55,456 nt of DNA from the NCBI RefSeq assembly GCF_013004595.1, contig NZ_JABEMC010000007.1, forward strand, positions 62,001 to 117,456, read 5' to 3'. This document shows, one piece after another, positions 37,730 through 50,880 of this stretch. The notes beneath the pieces were generated by a model, which was not told the origin of the DNA, made no database searches, and worked only from the letters and a program-made list of their open reading frames with translations. Positions within the stretch are counted from its first letter, which is position 1. Each line of letters starts with the position of its first letter. This DNA comes from Brevibacterium luteolum. GTDB lineage: Bacteria; Actinomycetota; Actinomycetes; Actinomycetales; Brevibacteriaceae. A program made the translations under genes and the position numbers.

Positions 37730-40414
37730 TCACCGCCTGCGGCGTCGGGCGGCGAGAAGGAGGGCGCCGCCGGCGCCGAGCAGCGGAAGGGCCAGCCCGA
37801 GGGCCATGAGGCTGCCGCCGGTGCGCGGCAGCGCACCGATGGAGTCACCACCCGCCGAACCGCCGGCCTTCGCATCGCCGTTGGAACCGGAACCGGATCC
37901 GCCGTTGCCGGAGCCGTCACGATCCGAATCGTCACCGTCCGGGCCCGAGGTCTCGGTCGCCTTGGGCGACTCAGACGGATCGGCGGTCTCGGTCGGCTCG
38001 GCGCTCTGGCTCGGATCCGCCGTGGGCTCAGTGCTCTCGGTCGGCTCCGACGTCGGTTCAGCTGTCGGATCCGAAGTCGGATCAGTCGTTGCCGTCGGCT
38101 CCGCCGTCGGTTCGGGCGACGGCGTCTCCGTTTCGGTTCCGGTGCCTAGGCACTTTTCGATCGCTGCCTTGCCGACGTGCACGTGCAGCGTCTGCTTCTC
38201 GCCGATCAGGTTCTTGCCGTCTGCTCCCGTTGCCGAGGCCTGGAAGGTCAGCTCGTAGGCGCCGGGCTTGGTGAACACCCACATCGGGTGGGCGTGGGTG
38301 GCGAAGGTGACCGGGAATGAGGTCTTATCCGTGCCCGACTGCAGGCGCAGCTCAGGCTTGCCGCCGAAGCCCGATCCCTGCTCTGCGAGCGCGAAGTGCG
38401 CGCCCTCCGGCGTCTTCGCATCCGTCAGCGACAGCGTCACTGGGCCCTTGAGCTTGGCGAAGTCGATCTCCTGGGTCTTGTATCCAGGCCACAGCAGCCC
38501 GCGCTTCTGCACGAACGGCAGCGCATAGTAGGTATCGCCCTGCTTGCCGAGGAAGTCGAAGGCCGGATCGGCCTGATCGGCTCCGCGCTTGCCCACACCG
38601 GAGTCGCGCACGCCGAAGGCGACGTCGGCAACCGCGTGCTCAGTCGGCTTGCCCGAGGTGTGGATGCCGGAGTCGTCATGCATCTTCAGCTCGATGCCGG
38701 ATCCGGCTTGGCGCATCTTCAGATCGACATGCCCGTCATCGAGCAGTTTCCGCCCGTCGGTGCACACCGGCGGGATCGACGGATCCTCGGTCGGCGAGGC
38801 GGTCGGGGAACCTGTCGGCTCAGCCGTCGGAGAGCCCGTCGGGCTCGGTGAGGGGGAGAGGTGCTTGTCCGGTGTCAGCTCACCGGAGTGCGTGATGCCC
38901 TTCTCCTTGGTGTACGGTGTGTCGAGCTTGATCGTCGCGCCCTCGGCGCGGACCTGCGCGTGCGGGATGATCGTGATGTTCGGGGTGTATCCGGCATCGG
39001 GCTTGCCGATGAGCCAGTCGTCCTCGTTGTGCTCCCACACGCCGTTGACGAGCGTGCCCTGGAACTCCTCGGTCGGGTACTTGGAGTCTGGCGTTTCCAT
39101 CATCCCGCCGGTGACATAGCCGCGGAAGCTCTTGTCATGCATCTCGACGCGGGCCTTGTAGGTGCCGTTGCCGTTGTCGGTCAGCGAGAAGTCGTAGCCG
39201 AGGTCGTCAAGCGTGATGTCATCGGTGTTCAGCCGCGTATTGGCTGGGTCGTTGACCTTGCCCATGAGCTCAGCCGAACCGTTCGCGGAATCCACCTGGG
39301 TGCTCTGCTGACCCGGACCGTAGCCGAGCTTCGGTGAGATCCACTTGCCCGGCTTGCTCCCATCGGGGGTGAAGACGACCTGGAAGTCCGAGGTGCGCGG
39401 GCCGATGTGCTCATCCCACGTCCCAACGCCCTTCTCCACGCGCATATCGGTCAGGTGGTAGCCGTTGATGAGCACGGTCGCCGTGCCCGTGACCGAGGCG
39501 TCGCCAGCGTCGAAGGTCAGCGTCGTGAGCTTGTCGTCGCCGTCCTTGGCCTTGTCCGCCTTGGGTGCGGCGGTGAAGGTGTAGGTGCCGGGCACCGGTC
39601 CATCCGGGGCCGAGGCGTAACGGTCCTCTAGACTCGGGCTCGCCTCGGCGGCCGGTTCTTGTCCACCGACCTGCCAGCGGAACTTCGTGTCCTTCGAGGC
39701 GATGATCTTCCCGGACGTGTCGTCGCGGGCTACAGCCCGGTAGGTGATGTCGTAGGTGCCCGGACGGGAGAATGTCGTCGTGTTGTGGGTGTGGTCGCCG
39801 CCGACGAGGCGGGCCGAACGCAGGCCGTTCTCCGAGGAGGACATCAGCCGGTTGACGAACACCTTCTCCGGATCCTCGTAGGTGGTGAACAGCTCGAAGG
39901 TGCCCGGCCCGTCGACGTCGAGGACATCGAGGCTGAAGGAGGCGTTGCGGAACCGCTTGGCCGGGATCCCGGCCTCAGCGCCGAACCCGATCCACGTCGG
40001 CAGGTGGTTGCCCTCCGGCAGGATGGGCGCCTGATAGAAGGTCTCACCGGGCTTGCCGAGGAACTCCAGGCCTGGCTTGTTCGGCACCGTGAACTGGTAC
40101 TGGGACTTGCCGCTGCGGGCACTCCACCCCTTGCCGACCCAGTTGACGGTCGTCGGCGCCTCATAGGCCTTCGAACCGACCTTCGTCTTGAGGTCGAAGC
40201 CGTTCGCCTCGGAATCCCAGTACACCTGGGGGCTGTCGATATGCGCGCGAGCGGCGACCTTCATGCCGTCGCTCGGCCCGGCGTGAGCCGGATCGGCCGT
40301 CAGCGGCAGTGTCGCTGCGGCCGGGCTGATGAGGGCGGCTGCCACCAGCGCCGCCGCGGCGACCCGGAGTCGCCTGGAGGGCGCACGGAGCGTGCGCGTG
40401 AGAGGAATTCGCAT
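37730..40414 (-). CDS. Sortase-anchored surface protein with two actinobacterial surface-anchored (choice-of-anchor M / TIGR03769-like) domains
   Basis: Signal peptide; HID...HTHNTTTFSRPGTYDIT and GHVD...HAHPMWVFTKPGAYELTF; P/T/E/S linkers; LPRTG + TM helix + RRRRR. Confidence 0.82.
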   Translation of the reverse strand: MRIPLTRTLRAPSRRLRVAAAALVAAALISPAAATLPLTADPAHAGPSDGMKVAARAHIDSPQVYWDSEANGFDLKTKVGSKAYEAPTTVNWVGKGWSARSGKSQYQFTVPNKPGLEFLGKPGETFYQAPILPEGNHLPTWIGFGAEAGIPAKRFRNASFSLDVLDVDGPGTFELFTTYEDPEKVFVNRLMSSSENGLRSARLVGGDHTHNTTTFSRPGTYDITYRAVARDDTSGKIIASKDTKFRWQVGGQEPAAEASPSLEDRYASAPDGPVPGTYTFTAAPKADKAKDGDDKLTTLTFDAGDASVTGTATVLINGYHLTDMRVEKGVGTWDEHIGPRTSDFQVVFTPDGSKPGKWISPKLGYGPGQQSTQVDSANGSAELMGKVNDPANTRLNTDDITLDDLGYDFSLTDNGNGTYKARVEMHDKSFRGYVTGGMMETPDSKYPTEEFQGTLVNGVWEHNEDDWLIGKPDAGYTPNITIIPHAQVRAEGATIKLDTPYTKEKGITHSGELTPDKHLSPSPSPTGSPTAEPTGSPTASPTEDPSIPPVCTDGRKLLDDGHVDLKMRQAGSGIELKMHDDSGIHTSGKPTEHAVADVAFGVRDSGVGKRGADQADPAFDFLGKQGDTYYALPFVQKRGLLWPGYKTQEIDFAKLKGPVTLSLTDAKTPEGAHFALAEQGSGFGGKPELRLQSGTDKTSFPVTFATHAHPMWVFTKPGAYELTFQASATGADGKNLIGEKQTLHVHVGKAAIEKCLGTGTETETPSPEPTAEPTATTDPTSDPTAEPTSEPTESTEPTADPSQSAEPTETADPSESPKATETSGPDGDDSDRDGSGNGGSGSGSNGDAKAGGSAGGDSIGALPRTGGSLMALGLALPLLGAGGALLLAARRRRR

Positions 40415-40666
40415 GATCTGCTTTCTGGCTCGAAGCCCGGCGCTCTGCCAGGCTCAGCTCGGCTGCGCCGCGTCGGCGCGGCCAGAGTATGAAGAGTATG
40501 AGCTGAAAGGTATCGGCCCAGCTCACCTATGGTCATGTCGTCATATGCCGATGGATACATGGACGCGTGATGCGCATGAGGCGGGGTCCCCGGCGGGGTG
40601 TCCGGTCTCACAGGAGCTCCTGTAAGACCGCCGCCGAGACGTGTAGAATCGTGGGAGCCGCGACGA

Positions 40667-40840
40667 CATGCTTCGGGAGAGCCGCCCTCAGGCGGCGCCG
40701 TAGGTGCAATTCCCTCCCCGGGAAACTCTCAGGCCCAGTACCGGAGCATGCAGGCACCTCTGGAGGACTACCAGCAGGCGGGCAACCGCCTCACCGGCAC
40801 AGGTTTCGCACCTGCGCAGGTCTGACAGAGCGGGGAGGAA
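40667..40840 (+). ncRNA. Glycine riboswitch (tandem type, second aptamer degenerate)
   Basis: P1 CATGCTTCGG/CCGGAGCATG; GGAGA...CCGTAGG...AAACTCTCAGG; second CTCTGGA...CAGG...ACAGAG; upstream of gcvP; TAGAAT -10 at 40644. Confidence 0.88.
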
Positions 40841-40895
40841 CACCCGGCACTCGTGTGTTCGTCACCGCGACGGACCATCAAGCGTGAGGATAAGC

Positions 40896-43933
<3,038 letters not shown>

Positions 43934-43937
<4 letters not shown>

Positions 43938-45076
43938 CCAAGCACACCCCCCTGCATGATGTCCACGCCCGCCTCGGCGCCTCGTTCACCGATTTCGGCG
44001 GCTGGGACATGCCGCTGAAGTACGGCTCCGAACTCGCCGAGCACCGCGCGGTGCGCGAGGCCGCCGGCATCTTCGACCTCTCCCATATGGGTGAGGTGCG
44101 GGTGACCGGTAGCGATGCCGGCGCGCTGCTCGACTACGCGCTCGTGGCGAAGTACTCGTCGATGGCCGTCGGCAAGGCGAAGTACGGTGTCCTCCTCGAC
44201 GCCGCCGGCGGGCTCGTCGACGACCTCATCACCTACCGGATCGCCGACGACGAGTTCCTCGTCGTACCCAACGCCTCGAACACCCCCGCCGTCGTCGAAG
44301 CGCTTGAGGCCCGGGCCGAGGAGTTCCGCACCGAGATCGTCCCCGACGCCGCCGCCGAGGTGGCCGACGAGTCCGCAGACACCGCCCTCATCGCCGTGCA
44401 GGGACCGCAGTCCCAGGCGGTCCTCGAAGCCGCCGGCGCGAGCGAGGGCGGCGCACCGCTCGACGAGCTCGGCTACTACGCCTGGCAGCCGCTGACCCTC
44501 GACGGGGTCGAGATCATGCTCGCCCGCACCGGTTACACCGGTGAGGACGGTTTCGAGCTCTACCTGCCCAACGCCTCGGCCGAGGCGATCTGGGAGCTGC
44601 TCTTCTCCGCTGCCGAGAAGGTCGACGGGGAGGTGCTGCCGTGCGGTCTGGCCGCCCGCGACTCGCTGCGCCTGGAAGCCGGCATGCCGCTGTACGGCAA
44701 CGAGCTCAGCCTCGAGCACAGCCCGCTCGATGCCGGACTGGCGCGGATGGTCGAACTCAATGTCAGGAACAAGGAGCACCTGTTCGCCCGCGAGGCGCTC
44801 GAAGGACTGCTGGCCCAGCAGCCGGCACGCGTGCTCACAGGCCTGACCTCACAGGGCCGGCGTGCCGCCCGCCAGGGCGCGACCGTGTTGCTGGACGGTG
44901 AGCAGATCGGTGAGATCACGTCCGGTCAGCCCTCGCCGACGCTCGGCCACCCGATCGCACTGGCCTACCTCGACCGCGAACACACCGAACCCGGCACAGC
45001 CGTCAGCGTCGACATCCGCGGGAAGTCCTACGACTTCACCGTCGCCGAACTGCCGTTCTACCGCCGCGAGAAGTGA
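43934..45076 (+). CDS. gcvT: Glycine cleavage aminomethyltransferase T
   Basis: [44 protein letters not shown]. Confidence 0.97.
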
Positions 45077-45105
45077 CAACCTCACCCATCTGAAAGGAAC
45101 CCATC

Positions 45106-45504
45106 ATGGCTGAACTGCCCCCGCTGCCACAGGACTTCACCTATTCGAAGGAACACGAATGGGTCAACGCCAAGGCTGATGCGATCGTCGGCAACACCGT
45201 GCGCATCGGCATCACCGCCGTCGCCGCCGATGCCCTCGGCGAGGTCGTGTTCGTCGACCTGCCCGCCGTCGGCGACACCGTCACCGCCGGTGAGACCTGC
45301 GGTGAGGTCGAGTCGACGAAGTCGGTCTCGGATCTCTACTGCCCGGTTACCGGCACCGTCACCGCCGTCAACGACAACGTCGATGACAACCCCGGTCTGC
45401 TCAACTCCGATCCGTACGGCGAGGGCTGGCTGTTCGAAGTCGACGCCACTGAGCTCGGCGAGGTCATGGACGCGGCCGGCTACGCCGAGGCCAACCACAT
45501 CTGA
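45106..45504 (+). CDS. gcvH: Glycine cleavage H protein
   Basis: [16 protein letters not shown] lipoyl-Lys motif, [10 protein letters not shown]. Confidence 0.97.
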   Translation: MAELPPLPQDFTYSKEHEWVNAKADAIVGNTVRIGITAVAADALGEVVFVDLPAVGDTVTAGETCGEVESTKSVSDLYCPVTGTVTAVNDNVDDNPGLLNSDPYGEGWLFEVDATELGEVMDAAGYAEANHI

Positions 45505-45510
45505 TCGGCT

Positions 45511-45543
45511 GGGTGCCGCCGCTCCACCTCGGCGGCGGCACCC
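45511..45543 (+). terminator. Hairpin after gcvH
   Basis: GGGTGCCGCCGC / GCGGCGGCACCC, 12-bp stem without a U tract. Confidence 0.5.
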
Positions 45544-45644
45544 GTCCCGGCCCGGTGCGCACTCTGCGCCCGGCCGGCCCGGCGAGCGGCCGGGAACCCA
45601 CTCCTGGGCAGCGCTGCCCACCCTGAGCGAAAGTTGGTGTCACC

Positions 45645-47105
45645 ATGGCGATCAGCGTATTCGACCTGTTCACCGTCGGAATCGGCCCCTCCAGCTCCCA
45701 CACCGTCGGGCCGATGCGAGCCGCGGCGACCTTCGTCGAGCTCATCGGTGAGCGCGTCGACGACGTCGCCTCCCTCGACGTCGACGTCTACGGCTCCCTG
45801 GCTGCCACCGGCGCCGGCCACGGAACCTTCGATGCCATCCTGCTCGGCCTGGAGGGCTGCCAGCCCGAAGCCGTCGAACCCAATGAGGTCGACGAGCGCA
45901 CCGCCCGGATGCATGAGACCGGCACGCTGCAGCTCGGCGACCGCAAGGAGATCGCCTTCAGCGTCGACGACATGCGCCAGCGCCCGCTGACCGTGCTCGA
46001 ACGCCACACCAACGGCCTCACACTCGCCGCCCGCGACGCCGCCGGCGAGGTCATCGCCGAGGAGACGTACTTCTCGATCGGCGGCGGCTTCGTCGTCAGC
46101 CAGTCCGAGGAGGACGCGCTCATCGCCGAGGCGCGTGAGCAGCACCCGGAAGACGACAACGTCTCCGCCGATGAGCTCGCCGCGGTGGCCGCGGCCCATG
46201 ATGAGGGACCGCAGATCCCCTACCCGTTCTCCACCGGTGCTGACCTGCTGCGCATCAGCAAGGAGACCGGGCTGGCGATCTGGGAGATCATGCTCGAGAA
46301 CGAGAAGGTCCACCGGTCGGTGCCCGACATCCGCCGCGGCCTGCTGCACATCTACGGGGTCATGGACCAGTGCGTCATGAACTCCCTCGACCGCTCCGGC
46401 AATCTGCCCGGCGGGCTCAAAGTGCGCCGGCGCGCACACGACTGGTACCTCAAACTCAAAGAGGAGGACCCGAGCGGCGACCCGCGCTTCTACCAGGAGT
46501 GGGTCAACCTCATTGCCCTGGCCGTCAACGAGGAGAACGCCTCCGGCGGGCGGATCGTCACCGCCCCGACCAACGGCGCGGCCGGGATCGTGCCGGCAGT
46601 GCTGTACTACGCGCTCAACTACGTTCCCGAGGTGGCCGACGCGCCTGCGTCGTCGAACGCCCGCGAGCATGCGATCGTGAAGTTCCTGCTCACCGCTGGG
46701 GCGATCGGCGTGCTGTACAAGGAGAACGCCTCAATCTCCGGTGCCGAGGTCGGCTGCCAGGGCGAGGTCGGATCGGCCTCATCGATGGCCGCCGGTGCGC
46801 TGGCACAGGTGATGGGCGGGACGACCGAGCAGGTCGAGAACGCCGCGGAGATCGCCATGGAGCACAACCTCGGGCTCACCTGCGACCCGATTGCAGGGCT
46901 CGTTCAGGTGCCGTGCATCGAACGCAATGCGATCGCTGCCGGCAAGGCGATCAATGCGGCGAAGATGGCGCTGTTCGGCGACGGTGAGCACCGGGTGAGC
47001 CTCGATGAGGTCATCGCGACGATGAAGGCCACCGGCGAGGACATGAGCCACAAGTACAAGGAGACAGCGCTCGGCGGCCTGGCCGTCAACGTCGTCGAAT
47101 GCTGA
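45645..47105 (+). CDS. sdaA: L-serine ammonia-lyase (Fe-S)
   Basis: [40 protein letters not shown]...VPCIERN. Confidence 0.97.
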   Translation: MAISVFDLFTVGIGPSSSHTVGPMRAAATFVELIGERVDDVASLDVDVYGSLAATGAGHGTFDAILLGLEGCQPEAVEPNEVDERTARMHETGTLQLGDRKEIAFSVDDMRQRPLTVLERHTNGLTLAARDAAGEVIAEETYFSIGGGFVVSQSEEDALIAEAREQHPEDDNVSADELAAVAAAHDEGPQIPYPFSTGADLLRISKETGLAIWEIMLENEKVHRSVPDIRRGLLHIYGVMDQCVMNSLDRSGNLPGGLKVRRRAHDWYLKLKEEDPSGDPRFYQEWVNLIALAVNEENASGGRIVTAPTNGAAGIVPAVLYYALNYVPEVADAPASSNAREHAIVKFLLTAGAIGVLYKENASISGAEVGCQGEVGSASSMAAGALAQVMGGTTEQVENAAEIAMEHNLGLTCDPIAGLVQVPCIERNAIAAGKAINAAKMALFGDGEHRVSLDEVIATMKATGEDMSHKYKETALGGLAVNVVEC

Positions 47106-47111
47106 AGTGCG

Positions 47112-47185
47112 GCTGCCCGGTGCAGCACTGAGGCCGGGCTTTCCGGTGGAGCGCTGAGGCTGAGCTGCCCGGTGCAGCGCTGAGG
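47112..47185. repeat. Three degenerate 26-bp tandem repeats
   Basis: GCTGCCCGGTGCAGC(A/G)CTGAGG-like units at 47112, 47138 and 47164. Confidence 0.7.
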
Positions 47186-47204
47186 CGAAGCTGAGAGCCG
47201 AGGC

Positions 47205-47804
47205 TCAGCGGTAGAACTTCAGGCCCGCCGGGAGCTCCTCGATGAGGGTTCTCGGCGGCTGCCGCAGCGCCGCCCCGGCCAGGACCACATCGCCGACGCA
47301 GCCAGCCAGATGCACGGCCGCCGGCACCACCAGCCAGCCACCGAACGGGACAACGGCGACGATGAGCGCGCACCCGCCGCCGATGACGACGAGCGGTGCC
47401 AGCGCGATCGCAAGATACTGGAGTCTGGAGAACCGGGTGCCGGGGGCAATGCAGTAGACAGCCGGGATCTTCCCGCCGATCCGCGTGAGCCCGACCCGCG
47501 GCCGTGCGCCGAAGACCCGCATCGACACGGCGTGCATCGCTTCATGGGCGACGAGCAGCACCGCGATGAGCGCGAGGGTCACAGCTATCCCGAGCAGCAG
47601 CTGGGCTATGCCGAAGCTCCCGCCGCCGGCAGCCCGGCCGCGCGCCCACAGGAAGAAGTAGAGCACGAAGCCGGCAGGCACCACGAACACGCCGATGATG
47701 TTGACGAGGGCCGCAGCCGTGCGTCCGGGGATCCACTGCCGGGCGGCGGCGCCGGGTGGCTCGTGATCGGGTGCGCTCAGAGCTCTCATCTCCTTCACCC
47801 TCAC
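47205..47804 (-). CDS. DUF3267-like membrane zincin peptidase
   Basis: HEAMH after TM helices, ALAPLVV, AGCVGD; start may be 47789. Confidence 0.75.
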   Translation of the reverse strand: MRVKEMRALSAPDHEPPGAAARQWIPGRTAAALVNIIGVFVVPAGFVLYFFLWARGRAAGGGSFGIAQLLLGIAVTLALIAVLLVAHEAMHAVSMRVFGARPRVGLTRIGGKIPAVYCIAPGTRFSRLQYLAIALAPLVVIGGGCALIVAVVPFGGWLVVPAAVHLAGCVGDVVLAGAALRQPPRTLIEELPAGLKFYR

Positions 47805-47891
47805 GATAACGCCGACAGCCTATTGTCGCCGGCCAACGCCGCGGTCACGGGAGTGGCACTGACCAGCTCGCGGAATCAGGCGGCCGGCAGC

Positions 47892-48398
47892 TCAGCCCTC
47901 GTTCATCGACTGCGCCCACTCGGCGACACGGGCGGCCGACTCCTCATCCGAAAGATCCTCGACGCGGGTGAGGATCGCCCAGCGCCGGCCGAACGGATCG
48001 ATGATCGAACCGTACCGATCCCCGGAGACGAAATCGGCGATCGGCTCGCGCTCCGTGGCACCGGCCGCCTCGGCGGCGGCAACGACCGCATCGGCATCAG
48101 CGCAGTACAGGCACAGCGACGCACTGACCGCATCCCCGGCTTCGGGGAGCGCGAGCCCGTAGTCCGGGTTCGCGTCCGCCAGCTGCAGCCGGCCCTGACC
48201 GAAGTCGAGCTCGGCGTGGAGGACGCTGCCGTCGGGAGAATCCATCCGGCTGATGAGCCGGGCTGAGAAGACGCGGGTATAGAAGTCGATGGCGGCCGCG
48301 GCGTCGGTGACGACGATGAACGGGGTCAGCGAGGTGAAGCCGTGCGGGATGCCGTTGGTCGTGTGTGCGCCGGTGGCCGGCGAAGCAGGAGGAGTCAT
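47892..48398 (-). CDS. VOC/glyoxalase family protein (PhnB-like)
   Basis: AAAAIDFYTRVF, HAELDFG, GDRYGSIIDPFGRRW; CACGAT-N6-ATG. Confidence 0.88.
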   Translation of the reverse strand: MTPPASPATGAHTTNGIPHGFTSLTPFIVVTDAAAAIDFYTRVFSARLISRMDSPDGSVLHAELDFGQGRLQLADANPDYGLALPEAGDAVSASLCLYCADADAVVAAAEAAGATEREPIADFVSGDRYGSIIDPFGRRWAILTRVEDLSDEESAARVAEWAQSMNEG

Positions 48399-48510
48399 GC
48401 ACCTATCGTGGCGGCCAGCTGCGCCAGCGGTCTTGAAGATTCGCGACACCGCACCACGGCACCCTGGATGAAGGCTGGCTCTTCGGCTGCAGCTGAGCTT
48501 GAATGCATCT

Positions 48511-49368
48511 ATGGATGCCCGGGACCGCAAAGCGATCGACCTGCGCGGACACCTCACCCCGCAGCCGGTTGAGCTGCTGCGCTGCCCCGCGCCCGAGGCA
48601 GTGGCGGACCGGGTGCGATGGGCGTGGGTGCCGCGGTGGTCTCTGCCGGACGGGCAGTCTGTGACTCAGCAGGTCATCGAGTTCCCCGGCGGGAACCTCG
48701 TTGTCGAACCGCATGAGACCCGCTTTCACCCACCCGCACCGGCGATGTCGAAGAAGGACCTGACAGGTGCTGGCTGGGCGGTCGGGCTGCTGCTCCAGCC
48801 GGCGTGCGGCGCGCTGCTGCGCAGCACGGCCGCATGGGCCGAGGGAGCAGACCTGGATGGCCATGTGCCGCATCCCCGTGCCGAACTGAGCGGCCGGGCA
48901 GAGCTGCAGGCCGTGAGCCGGAGGATCCGGGCGCAGATGGCCGCCACGGCAGACGACCACACCGCGGAGGCGGCAGCATGTCTGCTCCTCGACTGGGCCG
49001 ACTGCCACCTCCCCGCCCCCGATGCGGACGGGCAGCTGCTCAACGCGATCGTGGACAAGGTCGAGACGGATCCCGAGATCCTCACCAGCAGTCAGCTCGC
49101 CGCAGCAGCTGGGATCGGGCAGCGCCGTCTGCAGCGCCTCGTCTCGCGGGCGCTGGGCTATTCGCCGACGTGGCTCATCCGTCGCAGACGCCTGCAGGAT
49201 GCCGCCGCGCGCATCCGCAGCGGTGAGTCAGCGGCGGAACTGGCAGCTGCGCTCGGCTACGCCGACCAGCCGCACTTCCAGCGTGACTTCACGACCGTGA
49301 CCGGGCAGACGCCGGGAGCATACCGTCGACTTGTCAGCGGCAGCAACCGCCTCGGGCACGGCGGCTGA
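48511..49368 (+). CDS. AraC-family transcriptional regulator
   Basis: RRLQRLVSRALGYSP, LAAALGYADQPHFQRDFTTVTGQTPGAY; divergent from the VOC gene. Confidence 0.88.
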   Translation: MDARDRKAIDLRGHLTPQPVELLRCPAPEAVADRVRWAWVPRWSLPDGQSVTQQVIEFPGGNLVVEPHETRFHPPAPAMSKKDLTGAGWAVGLLLQPACGALLRSTAAWAEGADLDGHVPHPRAELSGRAELQAVSRRIRAQMAATADDHTAEAAACLLLDWADCHLPAPDADGQLLNAIVDKVETDPEILTSSQLAAAAGIGQRRLQRLVSRALGYSPTWLIRRRRLQDAAARIRSGESAAELAAALGYADQPHFQRDFTTVTGQTPGAYRRLVSGSNRLGHGG

Positions 49369-49393
49369 CCAGGACAGACGCGGTCGTCGGCGG

Positions 49394-50605
49394 CTAAGCC
49401 GACTCGATCAGCGGCCGAGGGGTGCCGAGCACCGAGGCCAGCCGGCGCACACCCTCACGTGTTGCCTCGACGCCGTTGGAGACGAACGAGAAGCGCAGCG
49501 TGCGCGGGTCCGGGTCAGCGACGTAGAACGGCGGGCCGGGCACATAGAGGACCCCGGCCTGGGCGGCTTCGAAGACGAGGGCCTGCGTGTCGAAGCCCTC
49601 CGGCAGGCGCGCCCACACGAACATCCCGCCAGCCGGCTGATTCATCACCGATCCTGCAGGCAGCACCAGTGAGAGCTCCTCGACGAGCGTGAGCATGCGC
49701 GCCTGGTACTCCGCGCGCACCGGTGCGAGTACCTCTTCCATATTGTGGGTCGCAAGGTAGTGGGCGGCGGCGAGCTGGTCGACCGTCGAGGTCTGCAGTG
49801 CGGTCGCCTGCTTCGTCACGCCGATCCGCTCACGGGCCTCCTCATCAGGGCAGCGGATCCAGCCGACGCGCACACCGGGGGAGAGGACCTTCGAGAGGCT
49901 GCCGAGCAGCAGCGAACGGTCATCCAGCCGCGGGTCGGCGCTGATCGGGGTGAGAATATCGTCGGTGAAGCGCAGCTCCGCGTACGGGTCGTCTTCGATG
50001 AGCCAGACATCGGAGTCGGCAAGCACATTGGCGATCTGCTGCCGGCGCGAGGCCGGCATCGAGATCCCGGTCGGGTTCTGGAAGGTCGGGATGAGATAGA
50101 CGGCCTTCGGGTTCCACATCTCGATCGCCGCCGCCAGCGCCTCGGGCACGATCCCGGCTTCATCGCCGTCGAGTGCCTTGAGCTCGACGCCCTGGACGGC
50201 GAAGGCCTGCAGTGCGGACATGTACGTCGGGTTCTCCACGAGCACGACGTCACCGGGATTGAACAGGGCCTGGGCCACGAGCCCGAGCCCCTGCTGTGAG
50301 CCTGAGGTGACTATCACCTCGGCGGCGGAAGCCGGCACATTCGCCTCCTGCAGGCGACGGGCGGCAGCCTCGCGCATCTCCGGCTCACCGTCGGTCGAAC
50401 CGTACTGCATGGCGCGCGGGCCGTCGGTGGCGAAGACATGGGCGTAGGCCGCAGCGAGCCCGTCGACGTCGAAGAGCTCAGGAGCCGGATGCCCGCCGGC
50501 GAAGCTGATGATGGATGGATCGGCGGCGATCTCGAACAGCCGCCGGATCGGGGATTCGCCCACCGCCATGACATGGTGGTTGAGCGTGTGGCGCAGTGGT
50601 GTCAT
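49394..50605 (-). CDS. PLP-dependent aminotransferase class I/II (LysN/ARO8-like)
   Basis: ISFAGGHP, PTFQNPTG, IEDDPY, SLSKVLSPGVRVGW; TACGAT-N6-ATG. Confidence 0.9.
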   Translation of the reverse strand: MTPLRHTLNHHVMAVGESPIRRLFEIAADPSIISFAGGHPAPELFDVDGLAAAYAHVFATDGPRAMQYGSTDGEPEMREAAARRLQEANVPASAAEVIVTSGSQQGLGLVAQALFNPGDVVLVENPTYMSALQAFAVQGVELKALDGDEAGIVPEALAAAIEMWNPKAVYLIPTFQNPTGISMPASRRQQIANVLADSDVWLIEDDPYAELRFTDDILTPISADPRLDDRSLLLGSLSKVLSPGVRVGWIRCPDEEARERIGVTKQATALQTSTVDQLAAAHYLATHNMEEVLAPVRAEYQARMLTLVEELSLVLPAGSVMNQPAGGMFVWARLPEGFDTQALVFEAAQAGVLYVPGPPFYVADPDPRTLRFSFVSNGVEATREGVRRLASVLGTPRPLIESA

Positions 50606-50880
50606 GAGGTCATCGTAGAGCCGGAACGCCACAGGTGACGACCCCTCTGAGAGGGTTTTTCGGCGGCTGTCGACGAGCGCCAAAAGGGGGTGGTGAATCT
50701 GTGGCTCAACGCATGTGCTACAGGCCCGCCCGGTGGGGGTCTCCTTCCTGGTCGCAGGGCCGCCGATGCCGATGTCTGTGACGTGTGGCACGATAGGCGG
50801 CAGGCGTGCTGGGCGGGTGCGCTGGGCACGTGCGAGACAGCCGGCGATGCCGGAACGCGACAGTGGAGAGCGAGGATGCG

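Noticed and set aside
40704..40895. N-terminal extension of GcvP
   Set aside because: It overlaps the glycine riboswitch; ATG 40896 has a GAGGA RBS
47112..47185. Possible mini CRISPR array
   Set aside because: Spacers are only 4 nt, repeats are degenerate, and there are no cas genes; a simple tandem repeat
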